A stretch of 33,982 nt of DNA. Origin: a virus (lineage: Duplodnaviria; Heunggongvirae; Uroviricota; Caudoviricetes). Numbering within the stretch: position 1 is the stretch's first letter; each line of letters begins with the position of its first letter. Of the stretch, positions 17,937 to 26,446 are shown piece by piece. The stretch covers positions 1 through 33,982 of IMG/VR virus record IMGVR_UViG_3300011115_000934. One strand, written 5' to 3'. Under the pieces are notes generated by a model that was not told the origin of the DNA, did not search any database, and was given only the letters and a program-made list of their open reading frames with translations. Both the position numbers and the translations under genes were made by a program.

Positions 17937-18995
17937 ATGGGTGCTTACAAGAAATTAAACAAACAAGACGCATATATAACTACCTATACTGCCCATAAAC
18001 AATGGGCATTATCTGGTAGCCAATTTGATAGTTACAGAATTCAAGCATTCAATTCAGCACAAAAGTACAATCCAACTCTACAGACATTAGGACCACTTGC
18101 TACAGCACTTAACACATCCTACACTGCACAGAGTTTAGCACAGCTATATTACCCAACAAGATCTGCTGCAGGTGAAATTATCTCACATTCATTCGACTAC
18201 TACTACCAAAGCACCCTTACATTATCAGGAAGTAGAACCTATGATAAAAATAGGTCTACTATCACAGGAGATTTGAAACCATACTTAATTTCAATACCAA
18301 GAAATTTATATGGAGTAAATATTAGACCTGGTAGCTTTAGTATATTGATAGGAGCCATAGATAGTGCTGCACCAGTAGTAACCGGATACGTAGCAAACGG
18401 ATATGTAACTAACGGAGGAATAGGTACAAATTTCGATGTTAACTCTACTTTTAAGATTTTAGATGATGGGGAAGGAAGTATTTACGTATCTGGTAGTAAT
18501 CCAAAATACATAATAGGAGATATAATATATCCACACGGAATGGTTGTAGTTACCGATGATCTTTATATTAAATTTTTTGCAGCAGTACAAGCACCACTTT
18601 ATTTGAAGGACCCTATTACAGGTATAAAATACTATACAATAGGAATACCTTGGTCAAGTACTACAATGTCTTTTGATTCAAGTCATCCAATCTTTACCCA
18701 CAACTACCACTGTAAAGTAAGAGATTTGGAATACAACTTTACATACAACCCATCAGCACTGAGTAGTTCCATTAAGACTACGTACGACAGTAGTAGAAAT
18801 ATTTACAACACAGCATCAGCTGAAAATAACGGAGTAGTAAAAAGCAATTTAACAGGTAGCGCATTTCAACCATATATAACCACAGTAGGATTGTATAACG
18901 ATGCAAATCAACTAATAGCAGTAGGTAAAATGCCTAGACCGGTACCAAAAGCAGCTAATACAGAAATGACAATTATAGTAAAAATAGATATTTAA
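17937..18995 (+). CDS. Virion/baseplate protein, paralog B
   Basis: C-terminal EYNFTYNPS...YITTVGLYNDANQLIAVGKMPRP. Confidence 0.7.
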   Translation: MGAYKKLNKQDAYITTYTAHKQWALSGSQFDSYRIQAFNSAQKYNPTLQTLGPLATALNTSYTAQSLAQLYYPTRSAAGEIISHSFDYYYQSTLTLSGSRTYDKNRSTITGDLKPYLISIPRNLYGVNIRPGSFSILIGAIDSAAPVVTGYVANGYVTNGGIGTNFDVNSTFKILDDGEGSIYVSGSNPKYIIGDIIYPHGMVVVTDDLYIKFFAAVQAPLYLKDPITGIKYYTIGIPWSSTTMSFDSSHPIFTHNYHCKVRDLEYNFTYNPSALSSSIKTTYDSSRNIYNTASAENNGVVKSNLTGSAFQPYITTVGLYNDANQLIAVGKMPRPVPKAANTEMTIIVKIDI

Positions 18996-19006
18996 AAAAT
19001 AAAGAT

Positions 19007-21571
19007 ATGGCAATCACATTAAGATCGGTAACAGGATCAACACTTTCAATCGATCAGTTAGATACTAACTTTTCATCACTCTTCTACTCCGCTTCTATGT
19101 CAGGAAGTGTTATAACCTTTTTTACAACAGGTAGTGATGGAGTAGACGTACCAACTCCTACATCAATGTCTATTTCAGTTACTACAACCTCTCCTTGGAC
19201 TACCTTAGGTAGTGGTACATTATCAAGAAATAGTAATATAGAAATAACAGGATCACTATCCCAAGGTTTAATTACAAGATCAACAGGAAACTATTCACAT
19301 GCACAGGGCTCAGGTTCACTAGCATCAGGGCAATTCTCACATGCAGAGGGACTTCAAACACAAGCAACCAAATCAGGTTCACACGCAGAGGGTTTTGGTA
19401 CTACTGCAACTGAAGATTATTCTCACGCTGAAGGATACTATTCTAATGCAATAGGAGCTTACTCACATGCAGAGGGAAATGGTACAAGTGCATTTACAAC
19501 AGGATCACATGCTGAGGGTATTAGTACACAAGCATATGGACAATATTCCCACACAGAAGGAGAATCTGCTCAAGCAAGAGGATACGCTTCACATGCTGAA
19601 GGGTACGATACAAAAGCGTCGGGATCTTATTCACATGCAGAAGGAGAGAGTACTTTAGCATCAGGTAGTGCCTCACATGCAGAAGGATACCTTACAGAAG
19701 CAATAGGAAATAACTCACATGCAGAAGGGTACCAAACCTTTGCAAAAGGACCCTGGTCACATGCAGAAGGACAGGGTACTTACGCATCAGGATCCTCCGC
19801 CCATGCTGAAGGAAGTAGTACAGTAGCATTGGGAAGTTATTCACATGCTGAGGGATATAGTACACAAGCAATAGGATACTGGTCACATGCAGAAGGTGGA
19901 TTTACAACAGCGTTAGGATATAACTCACATGCTGAAGGAGCTTATACATTAGCATCAGGAAGTTATTCACATGCTGAGGGATCAGGATCAATAGCACAGG
20001 GAATAGCATCACATGCAGAAGGAGATAGTACAATAGCTTCAGGAACAGGTTCACATGCAGAAGGGTATAATACAGTAGCATCAGGTTTATATCAACACGT
20101 ACAGGGTCAATATAATATATCTTCATCAGCACAATCTGCTTTTATAGTAGGAAACGGAACAGCAGATGGATCTAGAAGTAATCTAATATTTGCATCAGGT
20201 TCACAAGTCCAAATAACAGGATCACTACAAGTAACAGGAGGTATAACAGGATCTTTATTCGGTACAGCATCCTATTCAATTGCAACAGCAACAAATGCAG
20301 TTACAGCTTCTTATATTAATCCTCTAAACCAGAATGTAATAATAACAGGTTCTTTAGCACAAGGAACAGCAGGAAATATATCATCAGGATCTAATTCACA
20401 TGCTGAGGGAGATACTACACAAGCTAAGGGAGAGGGATCACATGCAGAAGGAAATGGTACAATAGCATCAGGAGCTTACTCACATGCTGAAGGTAAGGCA
20501 GTAAACGCATTAGGAAGCTGGTCACATGCAGAAGGAGGGTATACACTTGCATCAGGTGGCAACTCTCACACAGAAGGCTACAACACAACTGCATCAGGCG
20601 ATTTTTCGCATGCTGAAGGAGAATCTACAAAAGCAACCGGAAACGGATCACATGCAGAAGGATATCTTACAATAGCAGCAGGATACCGGTCACATGCTGA
20701 AGGAGCAAGTGCATTAGCAACAGGTTCTTATTCACACGCTGAAGGAAATACTACAGTAGCATCAGGTTCCTATTCACATGCAGAAGGGTATGAGTCAAAA
20801 ACAACAGGATCATACTCACATGCAGAAGGATATCGAACACGGGCAGTAGGAGAAGCCTCACACACAGAAGGAATAATCACATTAGCATCAGGAGATTATT
20901 CACATGCAGAAGGATCGGATACAAAAGCAACAGGTCCCTTCTCACATGCTGAAGGAGATGGTGCATATGCAATAGGATCAGGATCTCATGCTGAAGGGTA
21001 TATTACATTTGCAAACGGAACTAATTCACATACAGAGGGGGGCGGTACAACTGCAAACGGAGAAGCATCTCATGCTGAAGGAAGTGCTACATATGCAAAC
21101 GGACCAATCTCACATGCAGAAGGAGTGTTTAGTACTGCTCAAGGAACCGGTTCACATGCAGAAGGATTTTTTACAACAGCAGTAGGAAACTACTCACATG
21201 CTGAAGGACACTACACTATAGCATCTGCATCTTATTCACATGCAGCCGGTAATCAAACAGTAGCATCAGGATCGTATCAATCTGTAATAGGACAATTTAA
21301 TATATCATCATCTGCTCAATCAGCTTTTATAGTAGGTAATGGTACTGCAGTAGGTTCTAGATCAAATTTAATTTTTGCATCAGGTTCACAAGTACAGATA
21401 ACAGGTTCGTTAATGGTAACAGGTTCGTTAATGATAAATGATATTTTACAATTAACAAGAAGAGCATCATTACCAACACCGGCAGTGGAAGGAATGATAG
21501 TAGCACAGGGATCGGCAGGATCTAGTACACTATATTACTACAACGGAACAATTTGGAATGCATTATTCTAA
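19007..21571 (+). CDS. Fibre/adhesin with YadA-head-like (Hep/Hag) SHAEG repeats
   Basis: N-terminal MAITLRS...LDTNF anchor, 40 tandem 14-aa repeats in two blocks, C-terminal YYYNGTIW. Confidence 0.85.
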   Translation: MAITLRSVTGSTLSIDQLDTNFSSLFYSASMSGSVITFFTTGSDGVDVPTPTSMSISVTTTSPWTTLGSGTLSRNSNIEITGSLSQGLITRSTGNYSHAQGSGSLASGQFSHAEGLQTQATKSGSHAEGFGTTATEDYSHAEGYYSNAIGAYSHAEGNGTSAFTTGSHAEGISTQAYGQYSHTEGESAQARGYASHAEGYDTKASGSYSHAEGESTLASGSASHAEGYLTEAIGNNSHAEGYQTFAKGPWSHAEGQGTYASGSSAHAEGSSTVALGSYSHAEGYSTQAIGYWSHAEGGFTTALGYNSHAEGAYTLASGSYSHAEGSGSIAQGIASHAEGDSTIASGTGSHAEGYNTVASGLYQHVQGQYNISSSAQSAFIVGNGTADGSRSNLIFASGSQVQITGSLQVTGGITGSLFGTASYSIATATNAVTASYINPLNQNVIITGSLAQGTAGNISSGSNSHAEGDTTQAKGEGSHAEGNGTIASGAYSHAEGKAVNALGSWSHAEGGYTLASGGNSHTEGYNTTASGDFSHAEGESTKATGNGSHAEGYLTIAAGYRSHAEGASALATGSYSHAEGNTTVASGSYSHAEGYESKTTGSYSHAEGYRTRAVGEASHTEGIITLASGDYSHAEGSDTKATGPFSHAEGDGAYAIGSGSHAEGYITFANGTNSHTEGGGTTANGEASHAEGSATYANGPISHAEGVFSTAQGTGSHAEGFFTTAVGNYSHAEGHYTIASASYSHAAGNQTVASGSYQSVIGQFNISSSAQSAFIVGNGTAVGSRSNLIFASGSQVQITGSLMVTGSLMINDILQLTRRASLPTPAVEGMIVAQGSAGSSTLYYYNGTIWNALF
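19286..20083 (+). repeat. Coding tandem repeat block 1: 19 x 42 bp
   Basis: TCACATGCWGAAGG core at 42-nt periodicity, encoding xxxSHAEGxxTxAx. Confidence 0.9.
20387..21268 (+). repeat. Coding tandem repeat block 2: 21 x 42 bp
   Basis: Same unit as block 1. Confidence 0.9.
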
Positions 21572-21582
21572 AAAAATAAACA

Positions 21583-22032
21583 ATGTGGTTATATCAAAAT
21601 AAAGAAATAAAAGAACTTACAGATATGCCCGAATCAACGTTCGGGTTTATCTACGAAGTAACACATGTTCCAAGTGGTAGAAAATACCTAGGAAGAAAAC
21701 AACTAATTTCAGTTACAAAAAAAGCTTTAGGTAAAAGAGAACTTGCTTTAATAACCGATAAAAGATCTTCAAAAAAGAAGACCGTAATAAAGGAAACAGA
21801 TTGGAAAACGTACTATGGCTCCCATCCAGAAATTAAGCAACAAATAAAAGACAAAAAGCATTTGGAATTCACAAGAGAAATCCTTATGTTTGTACCAACT
21901 AAAAAGCAGTTAACATATTACGAGGACAAATACTTGTACATGAAAGGGGTGATAGAACCTGACTCTATTTATTATAACGATAACATAAGTGGTCGTTTTT
22001 TTAAGAAAGATTTTTATGATAAAACTACTTAA
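21583..22032 (+). CDS. GIY-YIG-like endonuclease (Seg-like)
   Basis: GFIYEVT...KYLGRK, YYGS, FTREIL and YYNDNI. Confidence 0.7.
   Translation: MWLYQNKEIKELTDMPESTFGFIYEVTHVPSGRKYLGRKQLISVTKKALGKRELALITDKRSSKKKTVIKETDWKTYYGSHPEIKQQIKDKKHLEFTREILMFVPTKKQLTYYEDKYLYMKGVIEPDSIYYNDNISGRFFKKDFYDKTT
21966..21972 (+). promoter_or_regulatory. Possible gene-internal late promoter TATTTAT
   Basis: Ends 43 nt upstream of ATG 22016. Confidence 0.4.
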
Positions 22033-22804
22033 TCTATTAGTTGAAACAACTCCAGGCTTAAATTACCATTTAAAGCACAAACTGCCTTTATCTGAGAATA
22101 TCTACAGGTATTCTTCTAATGCATTCTTACAACTATTCACTGAGGCAAGAACTCTTCACAGAGACGGTTTTTTACAACTATGTGAAGCAGATAGAATTCT
22201 TTTAGAAGAAACAAATATAGGTGAGTATGGAATGTATCAAGGACAAAAAGTACCATTAGATCTTCCAATGGTTTATGAGGAAATAAATACAAGACTTCCT
22301 AGGGCAGGAGAACAAGGTGGAAACATAAGAAGAAATATGATCGTTACTGATAAACAAAACAGACAGTTACGAATTGTAGATATTACAGACAATAAGATAA
22401 TTCTAAAACCATCATCAGTATCAGGAGACACAATAATCTTTCCAAACGATTATGATCAGTTTGCTAAAATATTTGAATTTTGGGATTACTTTAATTTAGA
22501 TAAAATAAACGAAGCAAAGCACAAAGGACAGGATGTACAATTGAACAAACCTAAAAGAGGAGGACCTAAAAAGTTCTATGTCTACGTTAAAGATCCACAA
22601 ACTAAAAATATAAAAAAAGTAAACTTTGGCGATTCAGGAAACTTAACAGTTAAGTTAAATGAGCCAGGAGCAAGAGCTTCTTTTGCAGCTAGACATAACT
22701 GTGCTGCAAAAAAAGATAGAACAAGTCCAGGATACTGGAGCTGCAATATTGGAAGGTATTGGAAGTCGTTAGGAGGAGCAAAGAACTTTAGCGGATATTG
22801 GTAA
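22016..22804 (+). CDS. Putative internal head protein with a basic C-terminal domain (DUF6321-like)
   Basis: MIKLLNLLVE leader (ATG 22016 preferred to GTG 21989); KKFYVYVKDP...KKVNFG...SFAARHNC...GYWSC. Confidence 0.7.
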   Translation: MIKLLNLLVETTPGLNYHLKHKLPLSENIYRYSSNAFLQLFTEARTLHRDGFLQLCEADRILLEETNIGEYGMYQGQKVPLDLPMVYEEINTRLPRAGEQGGNIRRNMIVTDKQNRQLRIVDITDNKIILKPSSVSGDTIIFPNDYDQFAKIFEFWDYFNLDKINEAKHKGQDVQLNKPKRGGPKKFYVYVKDPQTKNIKKVNFGDSGNLTVKLNEPGARASFAARHNCAAKKDRTSPGYWSCNIGRYWKSLGGAKNFSGYW

Positions 22805-22811
22805 TATTTAT
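22805..22811 (+). promoter_or_regulatory. Putative late promoter TATTTAT
   Basis: Intergenic, before ATG 22825. Confidence 0.6.
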
Positions 22812-22824
22812 ATAAAAAACAATA

Positions 22825-23190
22825 ATGGAAAATTTTACAAAAATGGTATCATGTCTGTTTCATTCAAGAACACAGGTACATGTATTTCACCTACAAACTA
22901 AATCATTCTCAGAACACCAAGCATTAGGTGCATACTATGATGGCATTATTGACATAGTAGATGGGTTAATTGAATCGTATCAAGGTAAGTATGGAATTGT
23001 AATGAATTATACTAACCTACCTATAAAGAATTATACGGACAATACTCAAGTGCTTTCATATTTTATGCAACTAGGAGAAGTGGTTGATATATTGAGACAA
23101 GATGTACAAGATTCGTACTTACAAAATCAAATTGATAATGTATCACAATTAATAGAGTCGACTAAATACAAGTTAAGATTCCTAGCATAA
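22825..23190 (+). CDS. Ferritin/Dps-like four-helix protein (DUF5856-like)
   Basis: HVFHLQT...EHQAL..YYD...DGLIESYQG pattern. Confidence 0.7.
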   Translation: MENFTKMVSCLFHSRTQVHVFHLQTKSFSEHQALGAYYDGIIDIVDGLIESYQGKYGIVMNYTNLPIKNYTDNTQVLSYFMQLGEVVDILRQDVQDSYLQNQIDNVSQLIESTKYKLRFLA

Positions 23191-23203
23191 CATATTCTCT
23201 GAC

Positions 23204-23473
23204 ATGAGTCAAGAAAGCAGACCCTACCAAGAATTAAAAACATTTGATTTTATCTATAGAAAGTTTACACAGGATATAGACGAACAAGAATTAGTGTGGC
23301 ATAGGGATAAAAATGACAGAGAAGTAAAAATAATAGGACAAACAGACTGGGCGTTTCAACTAGAAGACGAAATACCTCAGCAATTAAAAGACACTATATT
23401 TATACCAAAGAGTACCTATCATAGGCTAATTAAAGGAACAGGAGAGTTAAACATATTAATACAAGAATTCTAA
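23204..23473 (+). CDS. Small cupin-fold protein
   Basis: WHRD...REV and IFIPKSTYHRLIKG cupin motifs. Confidence 0.7.
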   Translation: MSQESRPYQELKTFDFIYRKFTQDIDEQELVWHRDKNDREVKIIGQTDWAFQLEDEIPQQLKDTIFIPKSTYHRLIKGTGELNILIQEF

Positions 23474-23563
23474 GTGGAAGAAGGATTACCAGCACACTAT
23501 TGGATAGCAACAATACTGCTATTAGGAGTAATTTTATTTGTCGTAGAATTTAAGAAAAAATAA
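23474..23563 (+). CDS. Single-TM micropeptide (29 aa), absent from the ORF track
   Basis: GTG start; MEEGLPAHYWIATILLLGVILFVVEFKKK; fills the intergenic gap almost exactly. Confidence 0.55.
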   Translation: MEEGLPAHYWIATILLLGVILFVVEFKKK

Positions 23564-23566
23564 ATA

Positions 23567-24046
23567 ATGAAAAGATCACAATTAAAAGAAATAGTCTTAG
23601 AAGTAATGAAAGGGTATTCAAAATATGCTCCAGGAGGAACTACAAGTGGTGGTACAACCGCCGACTTCGCAACTATTCTAAAAAACGTAGCTTTAGGAAA
23701 GGATCAAGTAACAAGAGGAAACGATACACTGGATAAAGCAAATCCTGATAACGTAGCTAGAATTTCTAGAGGTGAAAAACCTATTTACGAAGGAGATGCA
23801 AAACTATACTCAAAAGAAGAAGCAGTTGATTACATTGAAAACAATCCACCAGCTAAGTACTATAAAATTGGAGTAAGCCAAGGTACATCCCAACAAGCAA
23901 CAAGCATAGATGATGCAATTGAGATAGTAAGACAGTCACCAATCACACAATTTGAATTAACCACTTACGGACAAGTTATTCAATTTAGTGCTCCATTTGA
24001 TCAAAAGAATGCTGACTTAGTAAGATCAATGGGTTCTTTAGACTAA
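23567..24046 (+). CDS. Putative internal head protein
   Basis: MKRSQLKEIVLE leader; internal IYE/G site. Confidence 0.7.
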   Translation: MKRSQLKEIVLEVMKGYSKYAPGGTTSGGTTADFATILKNVALGKDQVTRGNDTLDKANPDNVARISRGEKPIYEGDAKLYSKEEAVDYIENNPPAKYYKIGVSQGTSQQATSIDDAIEIVRQSPITQFELTTYGQVIQFSAPFDQKNADLVRSMGSLD

Positions 24047-24486
24047 TGATTAGCATTTCTAAAATACTAAAAGAGATCCTAGATCCAACCCAAGAATACC
24101 AAGAACTTGTAAATGATATCATTGATCAAGGAGGAGAATATTTAGGAGAAGGAGATTATGGAGTGGTATTTTCAGTAGGAGATAAAGTAATGAAAGTAAC
24201 TACTGATTCAGAAGAATTGGAAGATGCACAACAAATAAAACAACAAAAGACTAAATACTTTGTATACATATACGATGTAGAGGTTAGAAATCCTAAACTA
24301 GGAATTATTACAATGGAAGATCTAGAACCTTTCACAGGGTCTGAACAAGATGTTCCAATTGACGATATAATGGAAGAAGCAGATATGTTAGGAATATATC
24401 CAGACTTGGAAGGACCAGGTGGTTCAATTAAAATGGATAACCTAATGCAAGATAAAAAAGGTAGAATAAAAGTAATAGATGTGTAA
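24046..24486 (+). CDS. Minimal protein-kinase-fold protein
   Basis: LGEGDYGVV glycine loop, VMK, ITMEDL hinge, DL...DNLM catalytic loop, terminal IDV. Confidence 0.75.
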   Translation: MISISKILKEILDPTQEYQELVNDIIDQGGEYLGEGDYGVVFSVGDKVMKVTTDSEELEDAQQIKQQKTKYFVYIYDVEVRNPKLGIITMEDLEPFTGSEQDVPIDDIMEEADMLGIYPDLEGPGGSIKMDNLMQDKKGRIKVIDV

Positions 24487-24605
24487 TGGCTAGAGGCACT
24501 CACAGTTCTCCACAAAGAACAAAGTTTAGTAAAAGAAAAAAGTCAATAGTAAAAACTGCTAAGTTAATAAAGCACAATGAATTGATTCTTAAAAAACTAA
24601 AATAA
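24486..24605 (+). CDS. Small basic peptide (39 aa), absent from the ORF track
   Basis: MARGTHSSPQRTKFSKRKKSIVKTAKLIKHNELILKKLK; TAATG-coupled; followed by a terminator. Confidence 0.6.
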   Translation: MARGTHSSPQRTKFSKRKKSIVKTAKLIKHNELILKKLK

Positions 24606-24611
24606 TTAAAG

Positions 24612-24639
24612 AAAGGCTTGTTTATTCAAGTCTTTTTTT
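24612..24639 (+). terminator. Rho-independent terminator overlapping a promoter
   Basis: AAAGGCTTG-TTTATT-CAAGTCTTT stem followed by a T tract. Confidence 0.7.
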
Positions 24640-24648
24640 GTATCTTAT
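24618..24648 (+). promoter_or_regulatory. Host-type promoter for the primase and exonuclease
   Basis: TTG (24618-24620)-N20-TATCTTAT (24641), the same spacing as at 1214 and 26400. Confidence 0.6.
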
Positions 24649-24672
24649 AATGTCAACCAGTTATGTACAACT

Positions 24673-25593
24673 ATGAGTAGCAATATACTATTGGGTTTTA
24701 TAGAGAATGTATTAGGAAAATCCCACAAAAGAGCAAGGGAGAACTATGCATTTAACTGTCCTAAATGCAATCACCACAAACCAAAACTAGAAGTAAACCT
24801 TCATACAGACGAGAATGGACAAAATCCATTTGAATGTTGGGTATGTGGATTTAAAGGACGTACAATAAAGTCGCTATTAAAACAACTACAAGTACCTGCA
24901 GAACAAGCATACGAAATACTTAAATACGTAAGAAAAGGAGACGAAGTAGGATATGCACCAACATCTACAGTAGAATTACCAAAAGAGTTTCAATCTGTAT
25001 ATGAAGCAACAACCACTTCTATTATAGCAAATAAAGTAAGAAAGTACCTATACAAAAGAGGATTCACAGATAGAGACTTCCTAAAATACAATATAGGATA
25101 CTGCACCTCAGGACAATATACAGGAAGAATAATAGTACCTTCATACGGAGAAAACAATCAACTAAACTTCTTTGTAGCAAGAACATTTGAGGATGCATAC
25201 CACAAATACAGAAATCCAGAGTGTTCAAAAGATATAATAGGATTTGAGAATTTAATAAACTGGTCTCAACCAATTATATTGGTAGAGGGAGTATTTGATG
25301 CAATAGCAGTAAAAAGAAATGCAGTACCAATACTAGGAAAGTCTTTATCAAAAGCCCTGATAAAGAAAATAGTATCAAGTACTGTTGAAGATATTTATAT
25401 AGCCCTTGACAGGGATGCACTAAAAAAAGCTCTGCAATACGTAGAGCAGTTTCTGAATATGGGAAAAAAGGTATATCTAGTAGATATGCAGGATAAAGAT
25501 CCAAGTGAGATGGGATTTATAAATTTCACTCATCACGTACAACAAGCAGAGGAAATAGACTTAGGAAAGTTACTCCGCTACAAACTATCATAA
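24673..25593 (+). CDS. DNA primase (DnaG-type, Zn finger plus TOPRIM)
   Basis: CPKC...CWVC, RIIVP, LVEGVFDA, ALDRDA and KDPSE. Confidence 0.9.
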   Translation: MSSNILLGFIENVLGKSHKRARENYAFNCPKCNHHKPKLEVNLHTDENGQNPFECWVCGFKGRTIKSLLKQLQVPAEQAYEILKYVRKGDEVGYAPTSTVELPKEFQSVYEATTTSIIANKVRKYLYKRGFTDRDFLKYNIGYCTSGQYTGRIIVPSYGENNQLNFFVARTFEDAYHKYRNPECSKDIIGFENLINWSQPIILVEGVFDAIAVKRNAVPILGKSLSKALIKKIVSSTVEDIYIALDRDALKKALQYVEQFLNMGKKVYLVDMQDKDPSEMGFINFTHHVQQAEEIDLGKLLRYKLS

Positions 25594-25594
25594 C

Positions 25595-26377
25595 ATGATA
25601 CAAAAAGGACAGAATGTTTTGTCAGAACATGCTAAGAAGAGGTTAGATTTTAAACCTGAACTTAAACAAATTAACTTCCTTGATAGGAGGGTTTATCAAC
25701 GATCAGAAGGAGTATACTACCCTTCAGTTACTTCAATCTTGCAATACATGCCAAAGAATAAGTTCTTTGAAAATTGGATTAAAGATGTAGGACACAACTC
25801 AGATATCATAATGAGAAGAGCCGGAGATGAAGGTACTCAAACTCATAATGCAATTGAAGAGCTATTAGAGGGTAAGGAAATTTCTTGGATGGATGATTAT
25901 GGCAATGCTCGATACAATGAATTAGTATGGGGAATGATTATAAAGTTCAAAGAGTTTTGGGCAGCTGCAAAACCTGAACTAATATTCACAGAAGAGTTTA
26001 CATACTCAGACACATACAAGTACGCTGGAACAGCTGATATAGTTGTAAAGATAAACGGAGAAATTTGGCTTATCGATTTTAAGACATCAAACAGTCTTCA
26101 TAAATCATACGACTTACAGTTAGCAGCTTATGCAAAATCAATCGAAGAAACAAAAGGAATCAAAATTGATAGAACAGCAATTCTTTGGTTGAAAGCAGGA
26201 ACAAGAGGAGAAGATAAAAGTGGTAAAAAGTTACAAGGTAAAGGATGGGAGTTAAAAGTGATTGACGATATAGAAAAGAACTTTGAATTATTCAAATTAA
26301 TCTATAAACTATATGAGCTTGAGCATCCAACAACAGAGCCAAAGTTCACATCATATCCAACTACTATCAAACTTTAG
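25595..26377 (+). CDS. PD-(D/E)xK exonuclease
   Basis: YPSVTSIL, GTQTH, YAGTAD, IDFKTS and QLAAY. Confidence 0.88.
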   Translation: MIQKGQNVLSEHAKKRLDFKPELKQINFLDRRVYQRSEGVYYPSVTSILQYMPKNKFFENWIKDVGHNSDIIMRRAGDEGTQTHNAIEELLEGKEISWMDDYGNARYNELVWGMIIKFKEFWAAAKPELIFTEEFTYSDTYKYAGTADIVVKINGEIWLIDFKTSNSLHKSYDLQLAAYAKSIEETKGIKIDRTAILWLKAGTRGEDKSGKKLQGKGWELKVIDDIEKNFELFKLIYKLYELEHPTTEPKFTSYPTTIKL

Positions 26378-26380
26378 TAC

Positions 26381-26387
26381 TATTTAT
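26381..26387 (+). promoter_or_regulatory. Putative late promoter TATTTAT
   Basis: Intergenic, upstream of the NTase cluster. Confidence 0.55.
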
Positions 26388-26398
26388 TTAATATAACT

Positions 26399-26434
26399 GT
26401 TGCATAATTTAAACATTATGCGTATCTTTAGGTA
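26399..26434 (+). promoter_or_regulatory. Host-type early promoter
   Basis: GTTGC...TGCGTATCTTTAGGTA with TTG-N20-TATCTTTA, matching 1213-1248. Confidence 0.75.
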
Positions 26435-26446
26435 AATAAAATTAAA

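Noticed and set aside
19286-21268. CRISPR-like periodic 14-bp core with variable spacers
   Set aside because: The period is 42 nt (14 codons), in frame within an open gene. The core varies at wobble positions, the spacers are similar to each other, and no cas genes are present.
20084-21412. Diversity-generating retroelement TR/VR pair
   Set aside because: Differences between the copies are mostly synonymous and not adenine-specific, and there is no reverse transcriptase in the window.
21583-22032. Intron-encoded homing endonuclease
   Set aside because: The flanking genes are intact and closely abutting, leaving no room for intron core structure; the gene is free-standing.
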